From Octopus sinensis (taxonomy: Eukaryota): a stretch of 64,000 bases of DNA. Under the pieces are notes generated by a model that was not told the origin of the DNA, ran no database searches, and saw nothing but the letters and a program-made list of their open reading frames with translations. The stretch spans positions 34,410,001-34,474,000 of the forward strand of contig NC_042997.1 in assembly GCF_006345805.1 (NCBI RefSeq), written 5' to 3'. Made by a program: the position numbers and the translations under genes. This document shows positions 36,413 through 49,690 of the stretch, one piece after another (positions within the stretch are counted from its first letter, which is position 1; every line of letters begins with the position of its first letter).

Positions 36413-37440
36413 AAAAGTTGAATCTTTCAAGAAGACAGTCTGTCAGCGCTCCTAGTTGTTGTCTGCATGCTGCCACTAACGAGCCTTTTAAGAAAGATAC
36501 GTGTGGGGTACATGCTACACAGGGTGAAAGTAAACAACCTGGGGTTTATGGATGACCTAAATCTATTCGCTAAGCCGGAGAAAGAAATTAAAAGTTTGAC
36601 GGCAACTGTGCAGATGACGGCAATTGTGCAGATAATATTGGCAGGTAATTTGGGAATCGAGAAATGTGGTGTAATGATTCTCAAAAGGGGGAAAATCAAT
36701 AAAAATCATGGGATCAAGCTGGAAAGTGGTGAAACTATAAAATAAGTCGGAGAGGAAAGATACAAGTATCTGCGTATCATTGAAAGGGATAACACGAATA
36801 AACACAAGATGAAAGAATTGTACAGGAAAGAGTATTTGAGGAGAACTCGGCTTGTGTCCCAGTCGGAGCTAAATGGCCGCTATAAGTTTAGAACAATGAA
36901 CAAGTGGGAAATTCCTTTGATGAGATATGGGGCGGGAATAGTTTCTTGGAAGACGCAGGAATTACAAGAGATAGACCGGAGAACATGTAAATTAATGACA
37001 GCGAACAAGGAACTACTCCACAAGAACGATTTGTTAAGATTTATGTAAAGATGAGGGAATGACAGCGGGGATTAGTGTGTTGCGAACAATGGTATGAACA
37101 CAAGTAAGAGGGAGTAATGGAAAACGAACATTACAAAATATTCTAAGATTTTAACATGCAGTGCGACCGAGTCATAAAGGCGAGACGGCCAAACATCGTG
37201 CTCATCCAAAAAGGTGAAAAATACGTGAAGATGATAGAGGTTCCAATATCCGGCGATTCGAGGGTGAAATGTAAGGAAACAGAAATGATTAAGAAATACC
37301 AGCCACTGCGGCATGAGACAGGGAAGTTATGCGGCATGAAGAAAGTAATGGTGATACCGGTCGTAATTGGAGCATTAGGAGCAGTTTTCAAGGGATTTGA
37401 AAAACATATTAAGAATATACTTTTCTACTTTTCTACTCTA
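36413..37440 (+). mobile_element. Dong/R4 LINE family A fragment (RT C-half, thumb, RLE; internal deletion)
   Basis: IFQEDSLS, FMDDLNLFAK, YKYL, LMRYGAGIVSW, RRPNIVLI...IEVPISGD and VIPVVIGALG. Same family as 1-1745. Confidence 0.88.
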
Positions 37441-37469
37441 AGAAGAAAGTCCGAAATTTTTGGGGAGGG

Positions 37470-38005
37470 GGTCCAGTTGATTAGATCGACCCCAGTATGC
37501 AACTGGTAATTAATTCATCGACTCCGAAAGGATGAAAGGCAAAGTCGACCTCGGCGGAATTTGAACTCAGAACGTAACGGCAGACGAAATACCTATTTCT
37601 TTACTACCCACAAGGGGCTAAACGCAGAGAGGACAAACAAGGACAGACAGACGGATTAAGTCGATTATATCGACCCCAGTGCGTAACTGGTACTTATTTA
37701 ATCGACCCCGAAAGGATGAAAGGCAAAGTCGACATCGGTGGAATTTGAACTCAGAACGTAGCGGTAGACGAAATACCTATTTCTTTACTACCCACAAGGG
37801 GCTAAACGCAGAGAGGACAAACAAGGACAGACAGACGGATTAAGTCGATTATATCGACCCCAGTGCGTAACTGGTACTTATTTAATCGACCCCGAAAGGA
37901 TGAAAGGCAAAGTCGACCTCGGTGGAATTTAAACTCAGAACGTAGCGGCAGACGAAATACCGCTAAGCATTTCACCTGGCGTGCTAACGATTCTGCCAGC
38001 TCACC
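37470..38005 (-). mobile_element. Nin/Deu-like SINE 3-unit tandem array (184-bp unit)
   Basis: GAAATACCTATTTCTTTACTACCC junctions near 37590 and 37775, the same junction as in 14589-15175. Confidence 0.88.
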
Positions 38006-38244
38006 TTATACAAAGAATTTTGCCATTGGGAAGTAGTATATATTCCAATACAAACTTTTTAATGATTACCAACTTACCGGAAAATTAGTAAAAGTAACTG
38101 ACAAAAGATAAATAAAAAGATGTAAAATCTAATTTAACAAAGATATCAGACAGAACATTTTATAGGTAAAAAACACCATGCGTGTGTATGTGTGTGTGTT
38201 TGTGGCTGTGTGTGTATGTATACATACATACATACATACATACA

Positions 38245-38354
<110 letters not shown>

Positions 38355-38560
38355 TTTCTTATCTGGAAGCCACCAAAGTATATTTAATTCTATTAAGTTA
38401 TTAAATAACTAAATAACTCCTTACCGTATTTTACAAAGAAAGAAAGAAACTAAATATCATTGAGTGTGGACAAAATTCAGAATCTGAGGAAATTGGAGGT
38501 AACAATTGTTACCTAACGGACTCGTAAGCGAGGTCAGTAAGTTTTAACGGAGAGCAGAAT

Positions 38561-38603
38561 GACAAACATAATGTTTCGGGTATTTGTACTTCATCTGTGA
38601 GGG
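38561..38603 (-). ncRNA. Degenerate hammerhead-like motif
   Basis: Minus: CAGATGA-AGTACAAATACCC-GAAACAT-T-ATGTT. One core substitution, near-palindromic helix III, poor helix I. Confidence 0.35.
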
Positions 38604-38761
38604 AAGAAAAGAGAAAAATGAGAGCGAGAGAGAGAGAGAGAGAGAATGAGTGTGCGTGTAGGTGCGCGAGAGAGAAAATGTATTCTTAATTTAGTCGAAG
38701 GTAAGTAAATTTTGTTTGTATAAAGCAAAATTAATAATACAGTTCTTAAACACTACACCGT

Positions 38762-38940
38762 GGGCATATGGCGTAGTGGTTAAGAGCGCGGACTACTTAC
38801 CCGAAGATTCTGAGTTCGATTCCTGGCAGTGAGCTGATTAATAATAATAATAATAATAATAATGATAATAATGATATTAATAATAATGATAATAATAATG
38901 ATAATAATAATAATAATGATAATAATAATAATAATAATAA
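38762..38940 (+). mobile_element. tRNA-like head plus (AAT)n: 5' half of the tRNA-hammerhead composite element
   Basis: A box TGGCGTAGTGG (38769-38779), B box GAGTTCGATTCC (38812-38823). Matches minus 12836-12770. Confidence 0.82.
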
Positions 38941-40414
38941 AAAAAATCAGGAAGGAATGTTATAGGAGAGTTCGTGCAGTCCTGAAATCTGAACTAAATG
39001 CACGTAACAAGGTGTTAGCTATAAATTCCTTAGCAGTTCCAGTGTTACTTATAGCTACAATGTGTTGAACTGGAATATGAGTGAAGTAAAGAATATAGAT
39101 AGAAAAATACGCAAGCTGCTGAGTTGTAATAGGATGCACCACCCAAGGCAGACGTAGATCGCCTTTACCTTCCCAGAGCCCAAGGAGGTCGAGGCCTGAT
39201 CCAATTTGAACTAGCTTACAAAACAACCACAATTGGACTGGCCAAATATCTCGAAATATCGAATGACTGGATGCTAAAGCTCGTGGAAAATCACGAGAGA
39301 CGAAATAAGCTTCATTCTATCATAAAGGAAAGCAAAAAATTTGCTATTGATCTCGTGCAGGATACCCAAACTGAAAACCCGAGGGAAGTACGGCAACTAT
39401 TGTTGCAAAGAAGGTGAAAATGATGGCAATGAAAAAAACGCACGAGCAATTGGCTGATAGGTGGGAGGAGAAACCTCTGCACGGCAAATATGTGACCCGC
39501 AGCAAACAAGCTGATGTTGACCAGAAGCAAACCCTCAGTGGCTACGGAGCTCAGGGCTAAAAGCAGAGAGCGAAGGTTTCATCCTGGCTGCTCAAGATCA
39601 AAGCCTATTAACCCGGAACTACCAGGCCAATGTGATGAAAAATGGAGCAGCCCCAAAATGCCGATTCTGCAACGACATGATTGAAACGTGGACCACCTAA
39701 TCTCTGGATGTAAAGTCTTAGCACCAGTGGAGTATAAATTAAGACATGACAGAGTTGGCCAATATCTCCACTGGCTAATAAGTCGGCATTACAATATCAA
39801 AACTGCCGACAAGTGGTAAAATCACCACCCTGAGGCTGTAACTGAAGGAGAAAATGTAACCATTCTGTGGGACTTTCCAGTACATACAGACCGAACCATC
39901 AAGGCCAATAAACCAGATATTGTTGTGAAAGACCAAAACAATAAAGTTTGCTTATTGATCGACATGAGCATTCCCTGTGATCATAATATCTCAGCGCGAA
40001 AGAGTTTGACAAGCTCAGAAAATATAAAGACCTACTCATTGAAATTGAGAAAATGTGGCATCTCAAGGCGGTTACAATACCAGTGATCGTAGGAGCACTA
40101 GGAATGATCAAGAAGGGAACCGAAAATTATATGAGAATGATCCCTGGCTTACCATCCCTGCAAGAAGTGCAAAAGATTGTCTTAACTGGTACATCACACG
40201 TATTGAGAAGAGCATTGTCGATGTGAGCACTGTTGCTGCTCATGTATTTTAATTTAACAAAAAAAAAAAAAAACAAAATGAACGAACTACTGAGTTTGGT
40301 TTAATGGCCTACCAATGTATACTATGAGTTTCTTTGCCCTAGGAGTCGGGAAGACACTCGGCAAGAAATGGAAGTAAATTTGAAAGAAGAAGAAAAAAAA
40401 AAAAAATAATAATA
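38941..40414 (+). mobile_element. Dong/R4 LINE family C, 5'-truncated, inserted into the (AAT)n of the composite element
   Basis: KECYRRVRAVLKSELNARNKVLAINSLAVP, MHHPRQ..DRLY, WEEKPLHG, CRFC...HLISGC, RHDRV, KPDIVV. (A)n(AAT) tail. Confidence 0.92.
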
Positions 40415-40564
40415 TCGAGAAATACCTTAGGAATGAGAACTCAGGTTCGAAATTTTCCCAGTACACCTGATGAAGGCTGGAGGGTATATCAGCTGAAACG
40501 ATGTGCTAACAAAAATGAAAATGAGGACAAATATCCGTCAAATATAAATAATGTAAATATTGTA
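40415..40564 (+). mobile_element. 3' half of the tRNA-hammerhead composite element
   Basis: GAAATACCTTAGGAATGAGAAC...TATCCGTCAAAT matches minus 12728-12618. Confidence 0.85.
40463..40506 (+). ncRNA. Minimal type I hammerhead ribozyme motif (degenerate copy)
   Basis: ACAC-CTGATGA-A-GGCTG(loop)CAGCT-GAAAC-GAT-GTGC. With the 12.7 kb copy (CAGCC-GAAAC-ATT-GTGT) the inferred consensus is GAAAC-GTT-GTGT, pairing with ACAC. Confidence 0.72.
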
Positions 40565-40804
40565 CAAAATTAATAACGCAGTGATCTTTACCACATCACT
40601 ATCTACATAAAAATCTGCTTGTTCATTCGCCCGTTATGCAGGTAGTTAGAGAGGTGGAGTAAAAGATAGGAGAGAAGAAAGAGATAGACTGTGGGGAGAG
40701 AGAAAGAGAAAGCAGTGAAGAAAGAAGAGAGGAAGAATTAAAGGAAGGCGATTAATATTAATACATTTAGGCCAGATGCATCATGTGGTCAGCTGAAGGT
40801 AGAG

Positions 40805-42165
40805 GTGAAAAACGAGAGAAAAAGAGGGAGAGAGAGAAAGAGGGAGAGAGAGAAAGAGGGAGAGAGAGAAAGAGGGAGAGAGAGAAAGAGAGAGAGAAAG
40901 AGGGAGAGAGAGAAAGAGGGAGAGAGAAAAAGAGGGAGAGAGAGAAAGAGGGAGAGAGAGAAAGAGGGAGAGAGAGAAAGAGGGAGAGAGAAAGAGGGAG
41001 AGAGAGAAAGAGGGAGGGAGGAGGGGAGAGAGAGAGAAGAAAAAGAGGGAGAGAGAAAAAGAGGGAGAGAGAGAAAGAGGGAGAGAGAAAAAGAGGGAGA
41101 GAGAAAAAGAGGGAGAGAGAGAAAGAGGGAGGAGAGAAAAGAGGGAGAGAGAAGGGCGAGAGAAAAGAGGAGAGAGAAGGCAAAGAGGGGAGAGAGAGAG
41201 AGGAGGAAGAAGAGAAAAGAGAGGAGGAGAGAGAAAAGAGGGAAGAGGAGGAAAGACGGGAGAGAGAAGGAAAAATAGGGAGAGAGAGAAAGAGGAGAGA
41301 GAAAAGAAAAGAGGAGAAGAGAGAGAGGAAAGAGAAAAAGAGAGAGAGGAGAGAAGAGAAAGAGGGAGAGAGAAAAAGAGGGAGAGAGAGAAAGGGAGGA
41401 AGAGAAAAAAGAGGGAGAGAGAGAAGAAAGAGAGAGGAGAGAGGGAGAGAGAAAAGAGGGAGAGAGAGAAGAGGGAGAGGAGCGAGAGAAAAGAGGAGAG
41501 GGGAAAAGAGGAGAGAGAGAAGAGGGAGAGAGAAACAGAGGAGAGAGAAGAAAGAGGGTGAGAGAGAAAAAGAGGGAGAGAGAGAAAGAGGGAGAGAGCG
41601 AAGAAAGAGGGAGAGAGAGAAAGAGGGAGAGAGAAAAGAGGGAGGGGGGAGAGACAGAGGGAGAGAGAGAAAAGAGGGAGAGAGGAAAAAAAAGAGGGAG
41701 AGAGAGAGAGAGAGGGGGAGAGAGAAAAAGAAGGGGAGAGAGAAAAAGCGGGAGAGAGAGAAAGAGGGAGAGAGAAAAGAGGGAGAGAGAGAAAGAGGGA
41801 GAGAGAGGAGAGAGAAAAAAGAGGGAGAGAGAGGAAAGAGGGAGAGAGAAAAGAGGGAGAGAGAGAAAGGCGGGTAAGAGGGAGAGAGAGAAAAGAGGGA
41901 GAGAGAAAAAGAGGGAGAGAGAAAAAGAGGGAGAGAGAGAAAGAGGGAGAGAGAAAAAGAGGGAGAGAGAGAAAGAGGGAGAGAGAGAAAGAGGGAGAGA
42001 GAAAAAGAGGGAGAGAGAGAAAGAGGGAGAGAGAAAAAGAGGGAGAGAGAAAAAGAGGGAGAGAGAGAAAGAGGGAGAGAGAAAAAGAGGGAGAGAGAGA
42101 AAGAGGGAGAGAGAAAAAGAGGGAGAGAGAAAAAGAGGGAGAGAGAAAAAGATGGAGAGAGAGAA
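40805..42165 (+). repeat. ~1.36-kb near-pure polypurine GA minisatellite (AAAGAGGGAGAGAGAG-like units)
   Basis: Direct inspection. Source of the 364-aa E/R/K/G ORF. Confidence 0.95.
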
Positions 42166-42299
42166 ATGTTAATTATGTGCTGTGGGGTGGGGAAGGAATA
42201 CTTATTACGGGGTTAAAAAGGTAGCTTAAGGGAAAGGTAGAGATGGGTGCAGTTATATTGAGAGAGAGAGAGGGGGAGAGAGCGAAAGAGAGAGTCAGA

Positions 42300-42645
42300 T
42301 AGAGGTGGTGGTGGTGGTGGTGGTAGTGGTGGTGGTGGTGGTAGTGGTGGTGGTGGTGGTGGTAGTGGTGGTGGTGGTGGTGTAGTGGTGGTGGTGGTGT
42401 TGGTGGTGTGGTGTGGTAGTGGTGGTGGTGGTTGGTGGTAGTGGTGGTGGTGGTGGTGGTGTAGTGGTGGTGGTGGTGGTAATGGTGGTGGTGGTGGTGT
42501 TATGTGGTGGTGGTGGTGGTAGTGTGGTGGTGGTGTAGTGGTGGTGGTGGTGGTGGTAGTGGTGGTGGGGTGGTAGTGGTGGTGGTGTGGTGGTGGTAGT
42601 GGTGTGTGGTGGTGTGGGGGTAGTGGTTGGTGGTAGTGGTGGTAG
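42300..42645 (+). repeat. (GGT)n microsatellite with GTA interruptions
   Basis: Direct inspection. Confidence 0.95.
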
Positions 42646-43059
42646 TCTATTGATAGTGAAAACTATTTTTTTATCGAACTAATTTTTATTTATACAGTGA
42701 GAATCGCTGAGCGCATAAGTGTAATTATTTATCGTATGCTCGCTTAACAAGTTGGTATTTGTTTGTAAGGGCTTCTTTAGCCTAAACTCTGGATTCACAA
42801 GAAAGGATGCGCAGATATAGAGCACAGATAAGAGACTGTGAGAAAACAGTGAGAAGATATAACGAAAAAAGGAAAAAGACAACACCAATGGAGACGTAAG
42901 GAAATGAATGTAGACGAACGTCAAGAATATTTAAAGAAAGTTAAACTATAAATGCTATAAAAATGCAAATCATCCTCATAATTTTTTCCATTGCGTGGAA
43001 TTTCTATGGGTCGCGCTAGTTAATAATAATTTATAAAAATTATTTCTTATTTAGGCAAT

Positions 43060-43240
43060 CGTGCAGCTGAAGTCGATTATATGGAGTGCAGTGCTCAACT
43101 AGTGCTCATTTTAACACCTTTAAAAAAGTGCAAGGCGAGATTGATATCGCTGGAATTTGAACTCAGAACGTAAAGAGCCGGAAGAAATGCAGCTGGGCAC
43201 TTCGCATATCGCAGAAACCATTCAACCAGCTCACACCGAC
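43060..43240 (-). mobile_element. Diverged Nin/Deu-like SINE
   Basis: GGAATTTGAACTCAGAACGTAAAGAGCCGGAAGAAATGC resembles the SINE head in reverse. Confidence 0.65.
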
Positions 43241-43605
43241 TTGTAATTATGATTTATCATGTTATTACCAATGTAATAGATATCAGAGAAAAGATATATG
43301 GCGATTGACTCTACACCAGAATATTGCTGATACTTGTGTTAAAGGCACTGGATGAATGAAAAATGAAGTGTCAAGCTAGAGAGTCTAAACTAAATTATGT
43401 TTTTTGAAATTCTGAATAAAGTTACTCATTCTGTTGAATATTTATATTTGGATAATTCCCTGTATTTTATATTCGGATATTTCTCTGTATTTTAACTGTA
43501 GTATATTTTAGAGAAATAAGACGAATAAAAAGACAGTATCACGCTGGGGATATTTGAATTTTCATTGTAACTAAATTTTGCAAATTATTTTGTTAGGCGT
43601 GGCTG

Positions 43606-43930
43606 TGTAGCAAGAAGTTTGCTCCTCAACCACAAGGTTCTCGATGCAGTCTCAGTTTATGGGACCTTAGGCAAGTGTTTTCTACTATAGCCTCGAGCCT
43701 AACCTTTGAAGTAACTTGGTTGGCGGAAAATGAGAGAAGCCCATCGTGTATGTGTGTGTTTGTTCCTCTCATCGCTTGAAAACCGGTGTAACCTAGTGAC
43801 TTGACAAAAGAGAACCGATAAAATATATACTAAGCTTGAAAAAAACGAGTACACGAATCGATACTTTCGACTAAAATTCTTCAAGTTGGTACCTCAGAGT
43901 GGCGGCACTGCAATGACTGAAGTATGTAAA
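43606..43930 (+). mobile_element. tRNA-derived CORE-like SINE (octopus OK-like family)
   Basis: GGCGTGGCTGTGTAG head, GACCTTAGGCAAGTG core, internal (GT)n, 3' GCAATGACTGAAG. Related fragments at ~46690-46830 and 47309-47450. Confidence 0.75.
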
Positions 43931-45018
43931 AGATATTTAAAAAAATTGGCTATCGATTCTAGCGATCATTGATCATTTCTGTAGGAAGATCATTTAAAGT
44001 GTCATTCATTCGAACTTAAAACTACAAACGTGAAATATGATTTATAACCATACTGAGCTCACGACATACTTTTGAGAAGTCCTGGAAATGATGATCATCT
44101 TAGTACATTTTCAAAATGCTATCTATTTGACAGAAACCCTCGAAACAGTTCCCATTATATGAAATGACAAAATGAACACAAAAGCAATTATTGAATTAAG
44201 GATGGAACAGTGACAACGCCATATAACGCCGGTACTAAATTTGAAACGTATAATATTCCTATATTAACAGAAACCAGTAACATATGTGGAAATGATATGT
44301 TCCCGACCAAAAAAGGAAAAAAGAAACACAATGAAAGAAATAGCACTAATAAAGTTATGAAGCGAAAGAAAATATATCAGGAACTGAAATAAACGCAAGA
44401 ACACAATGCAGAATGAAAATAATTCCGAGTAACGGGATACACGCAAGGTTAATAGAAGAATGCAATAAACACCGTAGAGAGATTTACACGCTATTGGAAG
44501 AAAGAAAAAAATATCCCTTATGAAACTCAAACATCAAAAACATTGAATTCAGCTATGAAGTGACACGCACCTTTTTTTTCCTATAAAAACATATACCCAA
44601 AACCGCACCAACTCTTAACTATTTAGAACAAAATAGAGAGGGGAAAATAAATTAACTGCATAATAGCGGAATAGTAAAGATCAATAACATTCATGTTGTT
44701 GACTTAGGTTGAAGGAGTTGTAATCACAGTGCAAAGCCTTGACATGGGAGAGAGAGAAGCCATTTTTACAGGTCACAATAAGTAGACGGTGTTTGTAAAT
44801 AATAGAAAGTTACGACTAGGCTTTAGGGAATATTCATTCTAAAGAAGGAGAAACGAATGTGAATATTGCTTGAATATATCAACTGTCCAATTCGATCCCA
44901 GTTGTCATGGCAAAGAAAGACGGCTGCATGCTTACGAAACCAACAAAACCACTGTAAAAGTGCACATACGCAGGCACACACTCATATATGCCTTTCACAC
45001 ACACACTTACACACACAC

Positions 45019-45071
<53 letters not shown>

Positions 45072-45179
45072 AATGTGTGTGTGTGAGTACATATACATAT
45101 ATGATTTCACACTCGCTTACACACGCTATATATATACACACATAAACACAGAATTACACCAACACTTACATATATACCA

Positions 45180-45236
<57 letters not shown>

Positions 45237-45560
45237 TTGTGTGTGAATATATATATATACACAATAATAACTATATAATAATATATCACCATAATATATA
45301 TATACTCCGATTAAAGCGACGTAATCTAAACAATTGATGAAAAATGATGAGATCACCAGGCGAGAATTGAACCCACATATCAACGCTAACATGGCAGTCC
45401 ATGGGCATCCGATTGTATAAAAAGCTTTCATAGTCGTTTTTCTCCGTAACTTATCAAACCTCCGGTTTTGTTTACAAATGATATATATATATATACTCAT
45501 ACACATACATAGTACACACACACCACACACACACACACGCACACACACACACACACACAC

Positions 45561-45630
<70 letters not shown>

Positions 45631-47308
45631 TGCATATACAACACTCTCACGAGATAATCTTTAAGATAGAAAGTTGACCTCTGGATTGTGAAATGTCGAA
45701 CTGTCTCCTGTATTGGAAGGATATCATGAGTACAACTAAAATATATTATGTTAGCTTAGTGAATCAAACCAGATGTAATTATTAGCAGAAGCAAAATCAC
45801 CAGGCCACAATGCTTAGCTGAGAAGGATGTGAAAATGTATGAAATATTTCTAAAAGGAGTGCTATAGTTTTGAACTCAGTAGTAAAACGCACTACATATA
45901 TCTGACAGAAAAAATAAAAATGAAATTGCATTGCATAAAAATAAAGGCTAATAAAAAATCGTGGAGTGGGAGGCTTCTTGAAAATATGTCAAGATACCAC
46001 GAAACGATGCGTAATAACGTTGGTAAATAAAGAAAAAAAACAAAACAAAATATGGTTAGAGAATGAATATAAATTGAATAAAAAAAACTATCCGAGTTAT
46101 AAGATATACTTGATAATTGCTTCGCTCTATCTCATGACATGACTACTTTGGCATTTAAAAATTGCCAAGAAACCATATTGTTAAGTGTAAAGACAAACGA
46201 CTTGTGTTTTCAAACATCGCAGACCCCTGCAAATTAATAGCCAAGAGTTTGGTTTGTAAATAACGGCTAATCTCTAACGTGCATATTTTCTAACTGACAG
46301 GCTACATTTATAGAAAGGAACAGAGGAAAGATAAAGAAATATACGAATGATAAATACCAGCTGTTTAAACGTTAGATGGTCAACTGCATATATTATTGCT
46401 CAAAGGTTGAGTTCATCTCTATTGAAAGCGGTTTTTGTGTTTCTGACACAACATTTTATTCTACTTTATCTTAATTTATCTAATTGTCGGGAGTATTTAT
46501 CAGCTCAATGCTGAATTAAATTTGCAAAGACAGGTATCTTATCAAAACAACTTCCCTCTCCTCTTAGTAAGGCCTTGCAAACAGAGCTGTGCATTGACCT
46601 TCTAGAAACACCATGCTGTTTGGTTTGTAGGCATTTATATAAAATAACATATATAAAATAGCATGTTTGTGTGGTTAAAAAGATACAGAACTTGTTCACT
46701 TCACAGCCACATAATTCCAGATTCGATTCCTCAAAAAGTTATCCAGGATAGCTGTCTTTTTTTCCATAGCCCTGGCTCGACGTGTGCCTTGTGAATGAAA
46801 TCTTGTCAACATAAACTGCAAAAGTCCGTTGAATGTATGAGTGTGTGCCTCTTTTTATTTTATTTTTTTTAATACTTATTAGAATTCTTCACCCACAGGA
46901 GCTGGTGTCTAAAAAAGATCCAAATCTCCATCGCTGAAATTTTGATATCAACGGAAAGTGTCACATGCTGAACCTTAGAAAAATACATTTACAGGCTATA
47001 TTGTGTGTTTGCAGATTCTCTTTCTATGCCTGAAAATCTTTGCTTTCCCAAGTTGTCACTAAAACACTTCCTAGCGTAATCAAGTGCACCGATAATTGTT
47101 AGAATAAATGTGAATAGCTAGAGTAGACAGGCTGCAATTTTAGATGCAGCTGCCCAGAACTAGTTCCTCTCTCTTTGATTTTGGAAAAGCTGTTCAGATC
47201 TGCAGATCAGCTGATCTCTGTGACTCGAATAACTATACTAGGTATTTTAAATGAATGTTTGACAGAAGTGCTTCACCAGTATCCTTCATGTAGATATGTA
47301 TAGACAAA

Positions 47309-47447
47309 GGCGTGGCTCTGTGGTAAGAAACTAGCTTCCCAACCACATGATTTTGGATGCAGTCCCACCGCATGGCATTTGGGGTGCCTTCTACTATAGA
47401 CCAAAGGCTTGAGAGTGGATTTGCTACTCGGAAACTGCAAAAAGCCC

Positions 47448-47450
<3 letters not shown>
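47309..47450 (+). mobile_element. OK-like SINE 5' part
   Basis: GGCGTGGCTCTGTGGTAAG...TTCTACTATAGACCAAAGGCTTGAGAGTGGATTTG. Confidence 0.7.
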
Positions 47451-47486
<36 letters not shown>

Positions 47487-47509
47487 TATATATATATAGT
47501 AATAACAAG

Positions 47510-48345
47510 AACTTTAGTATGGAAATTCCTTAATCATTTAATGCTTTGCGACGTACGTTTCCACAAACCACATGTTATTGTTGCTGCATTTACCATTCAT
47601 ATGTTATTAGAAATATGATTTGCAATATCCATGGATTTATAAGTGTATTCGTTAACACAATGAGATGGGGAGCATATCTTTTCAACAGAAAAACAGCAAT
47701 AGCGAAATCAATTTGGATTTTAAAGAAAATCTGAAGAAAGAGTTCAAATCCCCAAACAATCCACTAGCAAATAGAGGCTTAGCGCCTTTCAGGAGGAACT
47801 GTTTAATATAATTAGGAATATCAAATTCAGAAAATACCCGAATAAATACAACTAGCACCAACGAAAACTCAACGAATGACTCAGGACATTCAGGAAGTCA
47901 TCGGGAATATTGAATATTGGTACCAGCAGAGAAAACTGAGCTTGTAACCTTTATAATGCTGATATTAATATCTATAACGATTTTGTAACTAAACTAATGA
48001 TAAGTAAATAAAACCACACATCACATGATACATTAAATAGAACAAATAGGAAGGGGATTGAAATAGTTAAATAGTTAGAAATAAAGGATAGAACATGACC
48101 GATATGCACGTAGCTCACCTAGAATAAGCCTAAGGGACGATAACCTCTTAGTAAACCGCCCTGTACGACTAATACGCCCATCCAAATCGGATTTAAGTAG
48201 AATTAACAAAGGAATAATACATAGAATTAAACCGAAATTAAATTGTATAAGTATACTCAAATTATGGTCTAATGCTGCGGAAGTAATTGCATGGTTTAAT
48301 AACTTAGAGAACAAAAGGCAGACGAAATTCATACATCTCAATAAA
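47510..48345 (+). mobile_element. PLE ORF fragment (N-terminus to RT start), DKT type, degenerate
   Basis: NTMRWGAYLF, EELFNIIRNIKFRK, VPAEKT, RLIRPSKSDLSRINK...LWSNAAEVIAWFNNLENK. Confidence 0.78.
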
Positions 48346-49283
48346 TCCAGTTGTCTTAAACATGACGTTTTTATTCCCCCAAAACGTCAGGCCTTGTGCC
48401 GAAAGGAGAAAGGATTATTATCATCCTTCTCAAGTTTACGGGAAACAAGCATATGCATAAACATTTTATGTGGTAATCAGTGTGTTTGTTTCCTATATCT
48501 ATGTTTATTCTGTATCTTGAGTTTCACACGAGAGATCATCAGAGCATTAGTACAACTTGAGGAGTTCACTACCGATCCACAATATGTTATTAATTTCAAT
48601 TCTAAATCGCTGGTTACAGTATTTATTTCTGCTAACGTTGTTTAGCAGATGCTGTGTGAATGATATATCGCACGGCTGTCTGTACTCGGCTCAAACTCAC
48701 CCGATAACTTTGTACCTTTTGTGGAGACCAATCAATTGCAAACAAACTGTCTGGTTCGTGGATACCTTGCTCCTCTCACCTGTCGCGGAGAACCGTGAAG
48801 AATATTTCTGGGTACTGTCCTTCTCACACCGACTAAGCGTAAACTTATCCCCCACATCTATAAATAAGTCAGACTCATTCTCCACAAATATTGTTTGTTG
48901 GCATCAAGGAAATATACTTCAAACATTCATTAACAACAAAAAAAACAAACAAACTATTATCCAGAATTTCTAAATTATTGCCATTAATATAACGTTACCG
49001 ATAACAATAACAAACGGATTCTGCCGAACAACCAACTATTCTACTGAACAAATAACAGCGAAATGAATACCTAAAAAGTAATAATAGATCTAACAAGTGG
49101 TGGAAATGGCTTTGTTTGAGATAACCACTTATATTTGTGACTCTCAGTTAACATAATATGATATTTCCATTCATGTCTATATTATGCTTTCAGTATAAGA
49201 GCCACTTGTGCTTTTCGGAATTCACAGGTCCCTTTCATTTCATAGTGACTGTCATATATGACAATCACTCTGTATACAAACAA

Positions 49284-49690
<407 letters not shown>

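Noticed and set aside
38762-38835. Functional tRNA gene
   Set aside because: A and B boxes are present, but I cannot form a proper acceptor stem. There is no oligo-T terminator and it runs into (AAT)n, so it behaves as a SINE-type head.
40783-42172. 364-, 157- and 204-aa E/R/K/G-rich ORFs
   Set aside because: A polypurine tract cannot encode stop codons, so these are artefacts.
45300-45480. Minus-strand RRKTTMKAFYTIGCPW...NS segment, superficially GPCR TM6/7-like
   Set aside because: A ~180-bp island between microsatellites with no convincing splice sites. The motif order does not match CWxP/NPxxY.
48697-48885. Possible minus-strand exon ending G|GTGAGT, or a plus-strand TATA/Inr pair
   Set aside because: No recognisable protein. 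TATA-to-Inr spacing is ~18 nt rather than ~30.
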